In this document: one piece after another, positions 12,466-24,009 of the stretch
Layout: every line of letters begins with the position of its first letter
Numbering within the stretch: the first letter of the stretch is position 1
Source: Escherichia coli
GTDB taxonomy: Bacteria > Pseudomonadota > Gammaproteobacteria > Enterobacterales > Enterobacteriaceae
Direction: 5' to 3' (one strand)
Assembly (NCBI RefSeq): GCF_003334255.1
Contig: NZ_QOWU01000025.1
Length of the DNA: 64,000 bases
Position numbers and translations under genes: made by a program
Notes under the pieces: generated by a model
Told to the model about the DNA's origin: nothing
Database searches by the model: none
Seen by the model: only the letters and a program-made list of their open reading frames with translations

Positions 12466-13233
12466 TTACGCCATCCCATCATGTTTATGTTGCTGTTGTG
12501 CGTGTTCCGTTTTGAACTCCGCCAGCAACCTTGCTTGCTCTTCAGTCAGAGCCAGGTTTTCCAGAAGTTCAGGTCTTCTAAGCCAGGTACGGCCCAGCGA
12601 CTGTTTCAAACGCCAGCGACGTATCTCGGCATGGTTGCCCGACAGTAACACTGGCGGAACTTCCATCCCTTCTAACACCTCAGGCCGCGTATAGTGCGGG
12701 CAATCCAGCAATCCTTCAGCAAAGGAATCTTCCGTTGCCGAGGCTTCATGTCCCAGTACTCCCGGAATAAACCGGGAAACGGAGTCAATCAGCGTCATTG
12801 CTGGTAACTCACCACCACTGAGAACGTAATCGCCGATTGACCATTCTTCGTCAATTTCGGTTTGGATCACGCGCTCATCTATACCTTCGTAGCGACCGCA
12901 CACCAGAATCAATTTTTGATTCGTTGCCAGTTCGCTGACGCCCGCTTGATCAAGCTTGCGTCCCTGTGGTGACAGATAAATCACCTTTGCGCCTTCACCC
13001 GCCGCGGCTTTTGCTGCATGAATGGCGTCCCGCAAGGGTTGCACCATCATTAACATCCCCGGTCCGCCGCCGTAAGGACGATCGTCCACGGTACGGTGCC
13101 GGTCATGCGTGAAGTCGCGAGGACTCCAGCTCTGGATGCTCAGCAGGCCATTTTTAACTGCCCGGCCAGTTACCCCGTAATCGGTAATTGCGCGGAACAT
13201 TTCAGGAAACAGGCTAATTATGCCAATCCACAT
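12466..13233 (-). CDS. trmD: tRNA (guanine37-N1)-methyltransferase TrmD (255 aa)
   Basis: ORF track protein [41 protein letters not shown]... Confidence 0.97.
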
Positions 13234-13263
13234 AGCGCCGTCTTTTACCGTTTATCCGGTGGT

Positions 13264-13812
13264 TTAAAAACCAGGATCCCAATCTACTTCGATTGAACGA
13301 GTAGTGAGATCGACTTTCTTGATAACCTGCCCATCGAGGAACGGTACGAGACGTTCCTTGATACCAAACGCATCTTTCAGGTTTGCCTTAATGACGAGAA
13401 CGTCATTAGATCCGGTTTCCATCATATCGACGACTTTACCGAGATCGTAGCCTTCAGTGGTTACTACCTGGCAGCCCATCAGGTCTTTCCAGTAGTAGTC
13501 CCCCTCTTCAAGCTGAGGCAGCTGCGATGAATCCACGACAATTTCACAATTCGTCAGCAGGTTCGCCGCATCACGATCGTCAACGCCTTTCAGCTTGATG
13601 ATCATGTCCTGATTGTGGTGCTTCCAGCTTTCCAGCTGGACTTGCTGCCACTGACCCGCCTTCTGGATAAACCAGGGCTGATAGTCAAAAATGCTTTCGG
13701 CGTCTTCGGTGGAAGAAAACACTCTGAGCCACCCACGAATACCGTAAGACGAACCCATTTTTCCCAAAACGATGGGATCAACAGGTGCTTGCGCGGTGAG
13801 TTGTTTGCTCAT
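13264..13812 (-). CDS. rimM: 16S rRNA processing protein RimM (182 aa)
   Basis: ORF 13264..13821 trimmed by 3 codons to [32 protein letters not shown]... Confidence 0.93.
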
Positions 13813-13830
13813 CATGACCACCGTGACAGA

Positions 13831-14157
<327 letters not shown>

Positions 14158-14327
14158 TTACTCATTTTTGCGGGAATTGCAATCAACAGTTGCTAACTCT
14201 GCTGTAAAAGGCCGTCGGCGGTGCAGCCAGTTTGGTGCCGGAGTGCGCGCAGTCACCGGAGCGTACACGCAGTACGTGAGGATGACGAGCACATCCCGGT
14301 GCCAAAATGGCAAACAAGCCAGGCCGA

Positions 14328-15689
14328 TTAGCGACCAGGGAAGCCTGGGGGCATCATACCCTTCATGCTTCTCATCATCTTCGCCATTCCGCCCTTCTTC
14401 ATTTTCTTCATCATGCGCTGCATGTCGTCGAACTGTTTCAGAAGACGGTTAACGTCCTGCACCTGCATACCGCAACCGGCAGCAATACGGCGTTTACGCG
14501 AACCTTTGATGATTTCTGGCTTAGCGCGCTCTTTCATCGTCATCGAGTTGATGATGGCTTCCATACGCACCAGCACTTTATCGTCCATCTGTGACTTGAC
14601 GTTATCCGGGATCTGCCCCATGCCCGGCAGCTTGCCCATCAGACTAGCCATGCCGCCCATATTTTTCATCTGGCGCAGCTGCTCAAGAAAGTCGTTGAGA
14701 TCGAAGCCGTCACCTTTTTTCAGCTTGCTGGCTAATTTCTCTGCCTGCGCGCGGTCAACTTTGCTTTCGATATCTTCGATCAGCGACAGTACGTCGCCCA
14801 TGCCGAGAATACGCGACGCGATGCGGTCCGGATGGAACGGCTCCAGCGCCTCAGTTTTCTCGCCAACACCGAGGAACTTGATCGGTTTGCCAGTGATGTG
14901 ACGAATAGAGAGCGCCGCACCGCCGCGGGCATCGCCGTCCACTTTGGTCAACACTACGCCGGTAAGCGGTAACGCTTCATTGAATGCTTTTGCCGTATTG
15001 GCCGCATCCTGACCGGTCATGGCGTCAACCACAAACAGGGTTTCAACCGGGTTAATCGACGCATGGACTTGTTTGATCTCGTCCATCATCGCTTCGTCAA
15101 CGTGCAGACGACCAGCGGTATCCACCAGCAGCACGTCGTAGAATTTCAGTTTGGCTTCTTTCAGCGCCGCGTTAACGATATCTACCGGCTTCTGACCAAC
15201 ATCAGAAGGGAAGAAATCAACGCCCACCTGCTCTGCCAGCGTCTCAAGCTGTTTGATTGCCGCCGGGCGATAAACGTCGGCAGAAACCACCAGCACTTTC
15301 TTCTTGTGCTTCTCGCGCAGGAACTTACCGAGTTTACCAACGCTGGTTGTTTTACCGGCACCTTGCAGGCCCGCCATCAGTACGACCGCAGGCGGTTGCG
15401 CAGCCAGGTTCAGGGTCTGGTTCTCTTCGCCCATCGCCGCAACCAGTTCGTTACGGACTATTTTGACGAACTCCTGCCCCGGCGTCAGGCTCTTATTAAC
15501 TTCATGACCAACCGCTTTCTCTTTTACGCGATTGATAAACTCACGCACTACCGGCAGAGCTACGTCCGCCTCCAGCAGCGCCATGCGCACTTCGCGCAGC
15601 GTATCTTTTACGTTGTCTTCAGTGAGGCGTCCACGGCCACTGATATTGCGCAGCGTGCGCGACAAACGATCGGTTAAATTATCAAACAT
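14328..15689 (-). CDS. ffh: Signal recognition particle protein Ffh (453 aa)
   Basis: ORF track protein MFDNLTDRLSRTLRNISGRGRLTEDNVKDTLREVRMALLEADVALPVV... with GTPase motifs and Met-rich M domain. Confidence 0.97.
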   Translation of the reverse strand: MFDNLTDRLSRTLRNISGRGRLTEDNVKDTLREVRMALLEADVALPVVREFINRVKEKAVGHEVNKSLTPGQEFVKIVRNELVAAMGEENQTLNLAAQPPAVVLMAGLQGAGKTTSVGKLGKFLREKHKKKVLVVSADVYRPAAIKQLETLAEQVGVDFFPSDVGQKPVDIVNAALKEAKLKFYDVLLVDTAGRLHVDEAMMDEIKQVHASINPVETLFVVDAMTGQDAANTAKAFNEALPLTGVVLTKVDGDARGGAALSIRHITGKPIKFLGVGEKTEALEPFHPDRIASRILGMGDVLSLIEDIESKVDRAQAEKLASKLKKGDGFDLNDFLEQLRQMKNMGGMASLMGKLPGMGQIPDNVKSQMDDKVLVRMEAIINSMTMKERAKPEIIKGSRKRRIAAGCGMQVQDVNRLLKQFDDMQRMMKKMKKGGMAKMMRSMKGMMPPGFPGR

Positions 15690-15855
15690 TGTCTCTCGCC
15701 TGGGGTGGAAACGGTTGGCCGCAATCGCGACACATCATCAGTATTTTGCCGCAGTATAACATGAAGGCGTCTTTGTTGTTATGCAACGGTTGGAGCAGCG
15801 TTCACCTGACGCTATACTGCTTCTCTTTCTTATTGCTCAAACTGTCGACATCACT

Positions 15856-16647
15856 ATGCCCGTTTTTGCTCTGCTCGCGCTTGTCGCCTACTCCGTCAGT
15901 CTTGCGCTGATTGTTCCCGGTCTGCTGCAAAAAAACGGCGGCTGGCGGCGCATGGCTATTATTTCTGCGGTCATTGCGCTGGTCTGCCACGCAATCGCTC
16001 TGGAAGCCCGCATCCTGCCCGACGGTGATAGCGGACAAAACCTCAGCCTGCTGAACGTTGGTTCATTGGTCAGTTTGATGATCTGTACGGTAATGACCAT
16101 TGTGGCTTCTCGCAATCGTGGCTGGCTGCTGCTACCCATTGTCTATGCCTTTGCGCTTATCAACCTGGCGCTGGCAACCTTCATGCCCAATGAATACATC
16201 ACCCATCTGGAAGCTACGCCTGGGATGCTGGTGCACATTGGCTTATCGCTCTTTTCCTATGCCACGCTAATTATCGCCGCCCTGTACGCGCTGCAACTGG
16301 CGTGGATTGATTACCAACTGAAGAACAAGAAGCTGGCGTTTAACCAGGAAATGCCGCCATTGATGAGTATCGAGCGTAAAATGTTCCACATCACGCAGAT
16401 TGGCGTGGTGCTGCTAACGCTCACGCTTTGCACTGGCCTGTTCTACATGCACAACTTATTTAGCATGGAAAATATCGACAAGGCTGTGCTCTCTATCGTG
16501 GCGTGGTTTGTCTATATTGTGCTGCTGTGGGGACATTATCATGAAGGATGGCGTGGACGCCGCGTCGTCTGGTTTAACGTTGCGGGCGCGGTAATTCTGA
16601 CACTGGCCTACTTCGGCAGCCGAATTGTCCAGCAGTTAATCAGCTAA
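15856..16647 (+). CDS. ypjD: Inner membrane protein YpjD (263 aa), cytochrome c assembly-like family
   Basis: ORF 15781..16647 trimmed by 25 codons to MPVFALLALVAYSVSLALIVPGLLQKNGGWRR...; multi-TM. Confidence 0.85.
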   Translation: MPVFALLALVAYSVSLALIVPGLLQKNGGWRRMAIISAVIALVCHAIALEARILPDGDSGQNLSLLNVGSLVSLMICTVMTIVASRNRGWLLLPIVYAFALINLALATFMPNEYITHLEATPGMLVHIGLSLFSYATLIIAALYALQLAWIDYQLKNKKLAFNQEMPPLMSIERKMFHITQIGVVLLTLTLCTGLFYMHNLFSMENIDKAVLSIVAWFVYIVLLWGHYHEGWRGRRVVWFNVAGAVILTLAYFGSRIVQQLIS

Positions 16648-16667
16648 ACCCAGAAAAGGAGTTTCCC

Positions 16668-17954
16668 CTGGAACACATTTCTACTACTACGTTGATCATT
16701 ATTCTGATCATCATGGTGGTCATTTCAGCCTATTTTTCCGGGTCCGAAACCGGAATGATGACCCTCAACCGCTATCGTCTGCGACATATGGCGAAACAGG
16801 GTAATCGCTCGGCCAAACGCGTCGAAAAATTGCTGCGTAAGCCAGACCGCCTGATAAGCCTGGTGTTAATCGGCAATAACCTGGTCAATATTCTTGCCTC
16901 CGCGCTCGGCACTATTGTTGGGATGCGTTTGTACGGCGATGCGGGCGTGGCAATTGCGACTGGTGTGCTGACTTTTGTCGTACTGGTATTTGCTGAGGTA
17001 TTGCCGAAAACCATTGCCGCGCTGTACCCGGAAAAAGTCGCTTATCCGAGTAGTTTTCTGCTGGCTCCGCTGCAAATTTTGATGATGCCGCTGGTCTGGT
17101 TGCTGAATGCTATCACCCGTATGCTGATGCGCATGATGGGTATCAAAACCGATATCGTGGTTAGCGGCTCTTTGAGCAAAGAAGAGTTGCGCACTATCGT
17201 GCACGAATCACGCTCACAAATTTCCCGTCGCAATCAGGATATGCTGCTGTCGGTGCTCGATCTGGAAAAAATGACCGTTGATGACATCATGGTGCCGCGC
17301 AGTGAAATTATCGGTATTGATATCAACGATGACTGGAAATCGATTCTGCGCCAACTCTCCCACTCACCTCACGGGCGCATCGTGCTCTACCGTGATTCGC
17401 TGGACGACGCCATCAGTATGCTGCGAGTACGTGAAGCCTGGCGGTTGATGTCGGAGAAAAAAGAGTTCACCAAAGAAACCATGCTGCGCGCCGCGGACGA
17501 GATCTATTTTGTGCCGGAAGGTACGCCGCTCAGCACGCAGTTGGTAAAGTTTCAGCGCAACAAAAAGAAAGTCGGCCTGGTCGTCAACGAGTATGGAGAC
17601 ATTCAGGGGCTGGTGACGGTTGAAGATATTCTGGAAGAGATTGTCGGCGATTTCACTACGTCGATGTCGCCAACACTTGCCGAAGAGGTCACGCCGCAAA
17701 ACGACGGTTCGGTGATTATCGATGGCACCGCCAACGTGCGGGAAATCAACAAAGCCTTTAACTGGCATCTACCGGAAGATGATGCCCGCACGGTTAATGG
17801 CGTCATTCTTGAGGCACTGGAAGAGATCCCTGTCGCAGGCACCCGCGTGCGTATTGGCGAGTACGATATCGATATTCTCGACGTACAGGACAATATGATT
17901 AAGCAGGTAAAAGTTTTTCCTGTGAAACCGCTGCGCGAGAGTGTGGCGGAGTAA
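16668..17954 (+). CDS. yfjD: CNNM/CorB-family inner membrane protein YfjD with CBS pair and CorC-HlyC domain
   Basis: ORF track gives 16692..17954 (TTG start, MIIILIIMVVISAYFSGSETG...); I extend 8 codons to 16668 because an AAAGGAG RBS sits 7 nt upstream there and I recall a 428-aa protein beginning MEHISTTT; that codon reads as CTG, so the start is uncertain. Confidence 0.8.
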   Translation: MEHISTTTLIIILIIMVVISAYFSGSETGMMTLNRYRLRHMAKQGNRSAKRVEKLLRKPDRLISLVLIGNNLVNILASALGTIVGMRLYGDAGVAIATGVLTFVVLVFAEVLPKTIAALYPEKVAYPSSFLLAPLQILMMPLVWLLNAITRMLMRMMGIKTDIVVSGSLSKEELRTIVHESRSQISRRNQDMLLSVLDLEKMTVDDIMVPRSEIIGIDINDDWKSILRQLSHSPHGRIVLYRDSLDDAISMLRVREAWRLMSEKKEFTKETMLRAADEIYFVPEGTPLSTQLVKFQRNKKKVGLVVNEYGDIQGLVTVEDILEEIVGDFTTSMSPTLAEEVTPQNDGSVIIDGTANVREINKAFNWHLPEDDARTVNGVILEALEEIPVAGTRVRIGEYDIDILDVQDNMIKQVKVFPVKPLRESVAE

Positions 17955-18008
17955 CGAAAACGGCCCGGCATTCGCATGCAGGGCCGTGAATTATTACGAA
18001 AGCAGAAA

Positions 18009-18635
<627 letters not shown>

Positions 18636-18647
18636 CTAACTTCGCTT

Positions 18648-18678
18648 ATTATGGGGATCAGTTTCAGGGTTTCAAGGG
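18648..18678 (-). promoter_or_regulatory. Sigma-32 heat-shock promoter of grpE
   Basis: Reverse strand reads CCCTTGAAA, 13 nt spacer, CCCCATAAT; close match to sigma-32 -35/-10 consensus, about 50 nt upstream of the grpE start. Confidence 0.55.
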
Positions 18679-18724
18679 AAGCACTCACATTGTCATCAAT
18701 CTTCGCAACAAGGACCTCGGAAAA

Positions 18725-19603
18725 ATGAATAATCATTTCAAGTGTATTGGCATTGTGGGACACCCACGGCACCCCACTGCACTGACAACACATGAAATGC
18801 TCTACCGCTGGCTGTGCACAAAAGGTTACGAGGTCATCGTTGAGCAACAAATCGCTCACGAACTGCAACTGAAGAATGTGAAAACTGGCACGCTCGCGGA
18901 GATTGGGCAACTAGCTGATCTCGCGGTAGTCGTTGGTGGCGACGGTAATATGCTGGGCGCGGCACGCACACTCGCCCGTTACGATATTAAAGTTATTGGA
19001 ATCAACCGTGGCAACCTGGGTTTCCTGACTGACCTTGACCCCGATAACGCCCAGCAACAGTTAGCCGATGTGCTGGAAGGCCACTACATCAGCGAGAAAC
19101 GTTTTTTGCTGGAAGCGCAAGTCTGTCAGCAAGATTGCCAGAAACGCATCAGCACCGCGATAAATGAAGTGGTGCTTCATCCAGGCAAAGTGGCGCATAT
19201 GATTGAGTTCGAAGTGTATATCGACGAGATCTTTGCGTTTTCTCAGCGATCTGATGGACTAATTATTTCGACGCCAACAGGCTCCACCGCCTATTCCCTC
19301 TCTGCAGGCGGTCCTATTCTGACCCCCTCTCTGGATGCGATTACCCTGGTGCCCATGTTCCCGCATACGTTGTCAGCACGACCACTGGTCATAAACAGCA
19401 GCAGCACGATCCGTCTGCGTTTTTCGCATCGCCGTAACGACCTGGAAATCAGTTGCGACAGCCAGATAGCACTGCCGATTCAGGAAGGTGAAGATGTCCT
19501 GATTCGTCGCTGTGATTACCATCTGAATCTGATTCATCCGAAAGATTACAGTTATTTCAACACATTAAGCACCAAGCTCGGCTGGTCAAAAAAATTATTC
19601 TAA
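18725..19603 (+). CDS. nadK: NAD kinase NadK (292 aa)
   Basis: ORF track protein [42 protein letters not shown]... with GGDGNML motif. Confidence 0.95.
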
Positions 19604-19622
19604 TTTTACGCCAGCCTCTTTA

Positions 19623-19660
19623 CTGTATATAAAACCAGTTTATACTGTACACAATAACAG
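19623..19660 (+). promoter_or_regulatory. LexA (SOS) boxes in the recN promoter
   Basis: ctgtatataaaaccag and ctgtacacaataacag both fit CTGT-N8-ACAG, immediately upstream of recN. Confidence 0.75.
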
Positions 19661-19688
19661 TAATGGTTTTTCATACAGGAAAACGACT

Positions 19689-21350
19689 ATGTTGGCACAA
19701 CTGACCATCAGCAACTTTGCTATCGTTCGTGAGCTTGAGATTGATTTTCATAGCGGCATGACCGTAATAACTGGCGAGACCGGCGCGGGTAAATCTATTG
19801 CAATAGATGCCCTCGGTCTTTGTCTCGGTGGTCGCGCTGAAGCCGACATGGTGCGTACCGGCGCTGCTCGCGCTGACCTGTGCGCCCGTTTTTCTCTGAA
19901 AGATACGCCAGCGGCTCTGCGCTGGCTGGAAGAAAACCAGCTTGAAGACGGGCATGAATGTTTGCTTCGTCGCGTGATCAGCAGCGATGGTCGCTCCCGT
20001 GGTTTCATCAACGGTACAGCTGTTCCTCTGTCACAACTGCGCGAACTGGGTCAGTTGCTGATTCAGATCCATGGTCAGCACGCTCATCAATTACTCACCA
20101 AACCTGAGCACCAAAAATTCCTGCTTGATGGCTATGCCAATGAAACCTCTCTACTGCAGGAAATGACCGCACGTTATCAGTTGTGGCATCAAAGCTGCCG
20201 TGACCTCGCGCATCATCAACAGTTAAGTCAGGAACGCGCCGCCCGTGCGGAACTGCTGCAATACCAATTAAAAGAACTTAACGAATTTAATCCGCAGCCC
20301 GGAGAGTTTGAACAAATCGACGAAGAGTACAAACGTCTGGCGAACAGCGGTCAATTGCTGACCACCAGCCAGAATGCATTGGCATTAATGGCCGACGGTG
20401 AAGACGCAAACCTGCAAAGTCAGCTTTACACGGCTAAACAACTGGTGAGCGAATTGATTGGCATGGACAGCAAACTGTCCGGCGTACTTGATATGCTGGA
20501 AGAAGCTACCATCCAGATTGCTGAAGCCAGCGATGAACTGCGCCACTACTGCGATCGTCTGGATCTCGATCCCAACCGACTATTTGAACTTGAACAGCGC
20601 ATCTCAAAACAGATTTCGCTGGCACGTAAACATCACGTCAGCCCTGAGGCATTGCCACAGTATTACCAGTCGCTACTGGAAGAACAGCAGCAACTGGACG
20701 ATCAGGCCGACTCACAAGAAACGCTTGCGCTGGCGGTAACGAAACATCATCAGCAGGCACTGGAAATCGCGCGCGCATTACACCAACAACGCCAGCAATA
20801 TGCAGAAGAACTTGCACAGCTGATCACCGACAGTATGCATGCGCTCTCAATGCCGCATGGGCAGTTTACGATCGATGTTAAATTTGACGAGCATCACCTG
20901 GGCGCTGACGGTGCCGATCGTATTGAGTTTCGGGTAACCACCAACCCAGGTCAGCCAATGCAGCCTATTGCCAAAGTCGCATCCGGTGGTGAATTGTCCC
21001 GCATCGCACTGGCAATCCAGGTCATCACGGCGCGTAAAATGGAAACCCCGGCACTGATTTTTGATGAAGTGGATGTAGGGATTAGCGGTCCAACAGCGGC
21101 AGTTGTCGGCAAACTGCTGCGTCAACTCGGCGAATCAACTCAGGTGATGTGTGTTACCCACCTGCCACAAGTCGCGGGATGTGGTCATCAACACTATTTT
21201 GTCAGCAAAGAAACCGATGGTGCGATGACAGAAACGCATATGCAATCCCTGAATAAAAAAGCGCGGTTACAAGAGCTGGCGCGCCTGCTTGGTGGCAGTG
21301 AAGTCACACGTAATACACTGGCGAATGCGAAAGAACTGCTTGCAGCGTAA
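19689..21350 (+). CDS. recN: DNA repair protein RecN (553 aa)
   Basis: ORF track protein [51 protein letters not shown]... (SMC-like Walker A). Confidence 0.97.
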
Positions 21351-21498
21351 ACTTTTTTCCTGCTTCACGGTCAGAGTAAACAGCAAAACGCCGTAAGACC
21401 GGAAAGCAAAAGGTTTTAAAGTGATGAAAGGTCTATTATCATCGGCATATTACAGATGAGCCACGTACTGCTCGGGCCCGAAAAGGAATCAAATCACT

Positions 21499-21840
21499 AT
21501 GCGCTGTAAAACGCTGACTGCTGCAGCAGCAGTACTATTGATGTTGACCGCAGGCTGTTCCACTCTGGAGCGAGTGGTTTACCGTCCTGACATCAACCAG
21601 GGGAACTATCTGACCGCTAACGACGTATCCAAAATACGTGTTGGCATGACGCAACAACAAGTTGCGTACGCATTGGGTACACCGCTGATGTCCGATCCAT
21701 TTGGTACGAATACCTGGTTCTATGTCTTCCGCCAGCAACCAGGTCATGAAGGTGTAACTCAGCAAACGCTGACGCTGACCTTTAACAGTAGCGGTGTGTT
21801 GACCAATATTGATAACAAACCTGCGCTGAGTGGTAACTAA
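21499..21840 (+). CDS. bamE: Outer membrane protein assembly lipoprotein BamE / SmpA (113 aa)
   Basis: ORF track protein [38 protein letters not shown]... Confidence 0.95.
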
Positions 21841-21865
21841 TAATAAAGTTGCTCTCAAAGACGTT

Positions 21866-21896
21866 AAAAAAGGTGCTCAATGAGCACCTTTTTTCT
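21866..21896. terminator. Bidirectional rho-independent terminator between bamE and ratB
   Basis: aaaaaaggtgctcaatgagcaccttttttct: perfect hairpin flanked by A-run and T-run. Confidence 0.6.
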
Positions 21897-21901
21897 GTCT
21901 G

Positions 21902-22192
21902 TTATTTATTCGCTGATTTTTCTGCTCGTTGCCTGCGAAGCTCTTTCGGATCGGCAATAAGAGGGCGATAAATCTCCACCCGATCGCCATCATGCACACT
22001 ATCGCTTAGTTTTGCCGGACGGCTGTAAATGCCGACTTTGTTTTTAGTTAAATCGATATCGGTACGCAATTCCAGCAAGCCACTGGCGCGAATAGCTTCT
22101 TCAACCGTCGCGCCCTCCTGCAGCGTCACTCGCTGCAGGTACTGCTTCTCAGGTAGCGCATAAGCCACCTCAACGGCAATTTTACCTGGCAC
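21902..22192 (-). CDS. ratB: UPF0125 protein RatB / YfjF (96 aa)
   Basis: ORF 21902..22276 trimmed to the GTG giving [38 protein letters not shown]...; overlaps ratA 3' end by about 11 bp. Confidence 0.8.
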
Positions 22193-22658
22193 TGTAAACC
22201 TCTTTCGCACGAACCGTAAAAGCCTGGACCATATTAGCCGCCAGCTCTTTAAACACGCGACCAAAGGCGAGTTCAATCAACTTATTGGTAAACTCAAAGT
22301 CGAGATGAAACTCGATACGACACGCCTCCTGGCTCAGCGGCGTAAACTTCCATCCACCAATCAATTTCTTGAACGGCCCATCCACCAGATTCATAAGAAT
22401 ACTTTGGTTACTGGTCAACTGGTTGCGGGTAGTAAACGTTTTGCTGATCCCAGCCTTAGAGACATCTACCGCCGCAGTCATCTGCCCAGGAGTGGACTCC
22501 AGAATCCGACTTCCGGTACAACCCGGCAAAAACTGAGGATAAGACTGAACGTCATTCACTAACTGATACATTTGCTCCGCGCTGTAGGGTACCAGTGCGG
22601 TCCGGCTAATCTGAGGCATAACAATTTCCATCAACAAAAATCCAACAAATAATATCAT
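22182..22658 (-). CDS. ratA: Ribosome association toxin RatA / YfjG, SRPBCC family (158 aa)
   Basis: ORF track protein [50 protein letters not shown]... Confidence 0.9.
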   Translation of the reverse strand: MILFVGFLLMEIVMPQISRTALVPYSAEQMYQLVNDVQSYPQFLPGCTGSRILESTPGQMTAAVDVSKAGISKTFTTRNQLTSNQSILMNLVDGPFKKLIGGWKFTPLSQEACRIEFHLDFEFTNKLIELAFGRVFKELAANMVQAFTVRAKEVYSAR

Positions 22659-22789
22659 TTATCCTGCTGTAAAAAAAACGCTATCCCGGCGCTGGGTAAC
22701 ATCGGGTTCATGCTAAGATAGAGCCTTGTCCCCCGCAGGATTGATATGGGGTGTTTTCGATTTCAGATTACCGATGATTCACGACGCTT

Positions 22790-23272
22790 ATGACGAAGAA
22801 AAAAGCACATAAACCTGGTTCAGCGACCATCGCGCTTAACAAGCGCGCCCGTCACGAATACTTTATCGAAGAAGAGTTCGAAGCGGGACTTGCCCTGCAA
22901 GGCTGGGAAGTTAAATCCCTGCGCGCAGGAAAAGCCAATATCAGCGACAGCTACGTCCTTCTGCGTGACGGAGAGGCATTTCTGTTTGGCGCTAACATCA
23001 CGCCAATGGCCGTGGCCTCCACGCATGTGGTGTGCGATCCTACCCGTACCCGCAAGTTACTTCTCAACCAGCGCGAACTGGACTCATTGTACGGTCGCGT
23101 CAATCGAGAAGGCTATACCGTAGTGGCGCTCTCCCTGTACTGGAAAAATGCCTGGTGCAAAGTGAAAATCGGCGTCGCCAAAGGTAAGAAACAGCACGAT
23201 AAACGTTCAGATATCAAAGAGCGCGAATGGCAGGTGGATAAAGCACGTATCATGAAAAACGCCCACCGTTAA
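22790..23272 (+). CDS. smpB: SsrA-binding protein SmpB (160 aa)
   Basis: ORF track protein [56 protein letters not shown]... Confidence 0.97.
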
Positions 23273-23486
23273 ACCTGCACTCCAATTATTGACCAGTTCC
23301 TCACCGCGCCTCCCTCTCCGGCGGCGCGAATGAACATCTTATTGGCTATCACATCCGACACAAATGTTGCCATCCCATTGCTTAATCGAATAAAAATCAG
23401 GCTACATGGGTGCTAAATCTTTAACGATAACGCCATTGAGGCTGGTCATGGCGCTCATAAATCTGGTATACTTACCTTTACACATT

Positions 23487-23849
23487 GGGGCTGATTCTGG
23501 ATTCGACGGGATTTGCGAAACCCAAGGTGCATGCCGAGGGGCGGTTGGCCTCGTAAAAAGCCGCAAAAAATAGTCGCAAACGACGAAAACTACGCTTTAG
23601 CAGCTTAATAACCTGCTTAGAGCCCTCTCTCCCTAGCCTCCGCTCTTAGGACGGGGATCAAGAGAGGTCAAACCCAAAAGAGATCGCGTGGAAGCCCTGC
23701 CTGGGGTTGAAGCGTTAAAACTTAATCAGGCTAGTTTGTTAGTGGCGTGTCCGTCCGCAGCTGGCAAGCGAATGTAAAGACTGACTAAGCATGTAGTACC
23801 GAGGATGTAGGAATTTCGGACGCGGGTTCAACTCCCGCCAGCTCCACCA
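23487..23849 (+). ncRNA. ssrA: tmRNA (SsrA), 363 nt
   Basis: Begins ggggctgattctggattcgacggg, contains the tag-peptide reading frame region, ends with tRNA-like gcgggttcaactcccgccagctccacca; 215 nt downstream of smpB. Confidence 0.95.
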
Positions 23850-23977
23850 ATCATGATTGGACGGTGTAAGGACAACACCAACAAAAACAGGAAGTTAGAA
23901 GTCTCAGCAAAACACCGACCAGACGGTGAGGAGACATAAAAGGATACGCAAAGGAGCCGCGGCTCCTGGTAACATGA

Positions 23978-24003
23978 AAGCCCACAGATGTGGGCTTTTT
24001 CGT
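23978..24003. terminator. Hairpin terminator between the ssrA 3' flank and the ypjA stop
   Basis: aaagcccacagatgtgggcttttt: hairpin with T5 on plus strand, lying 10 bp beyond the ypjA stop on the minus strand. Confidence 0.45.
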
Positions 24004-24009
24004 TGATGG

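Noticed and set aside
15063-15677. 204-aa plus-strand ORF antisense to ffh
   Set aside because: Shadow ORF inside the highly conserved ffh gene.
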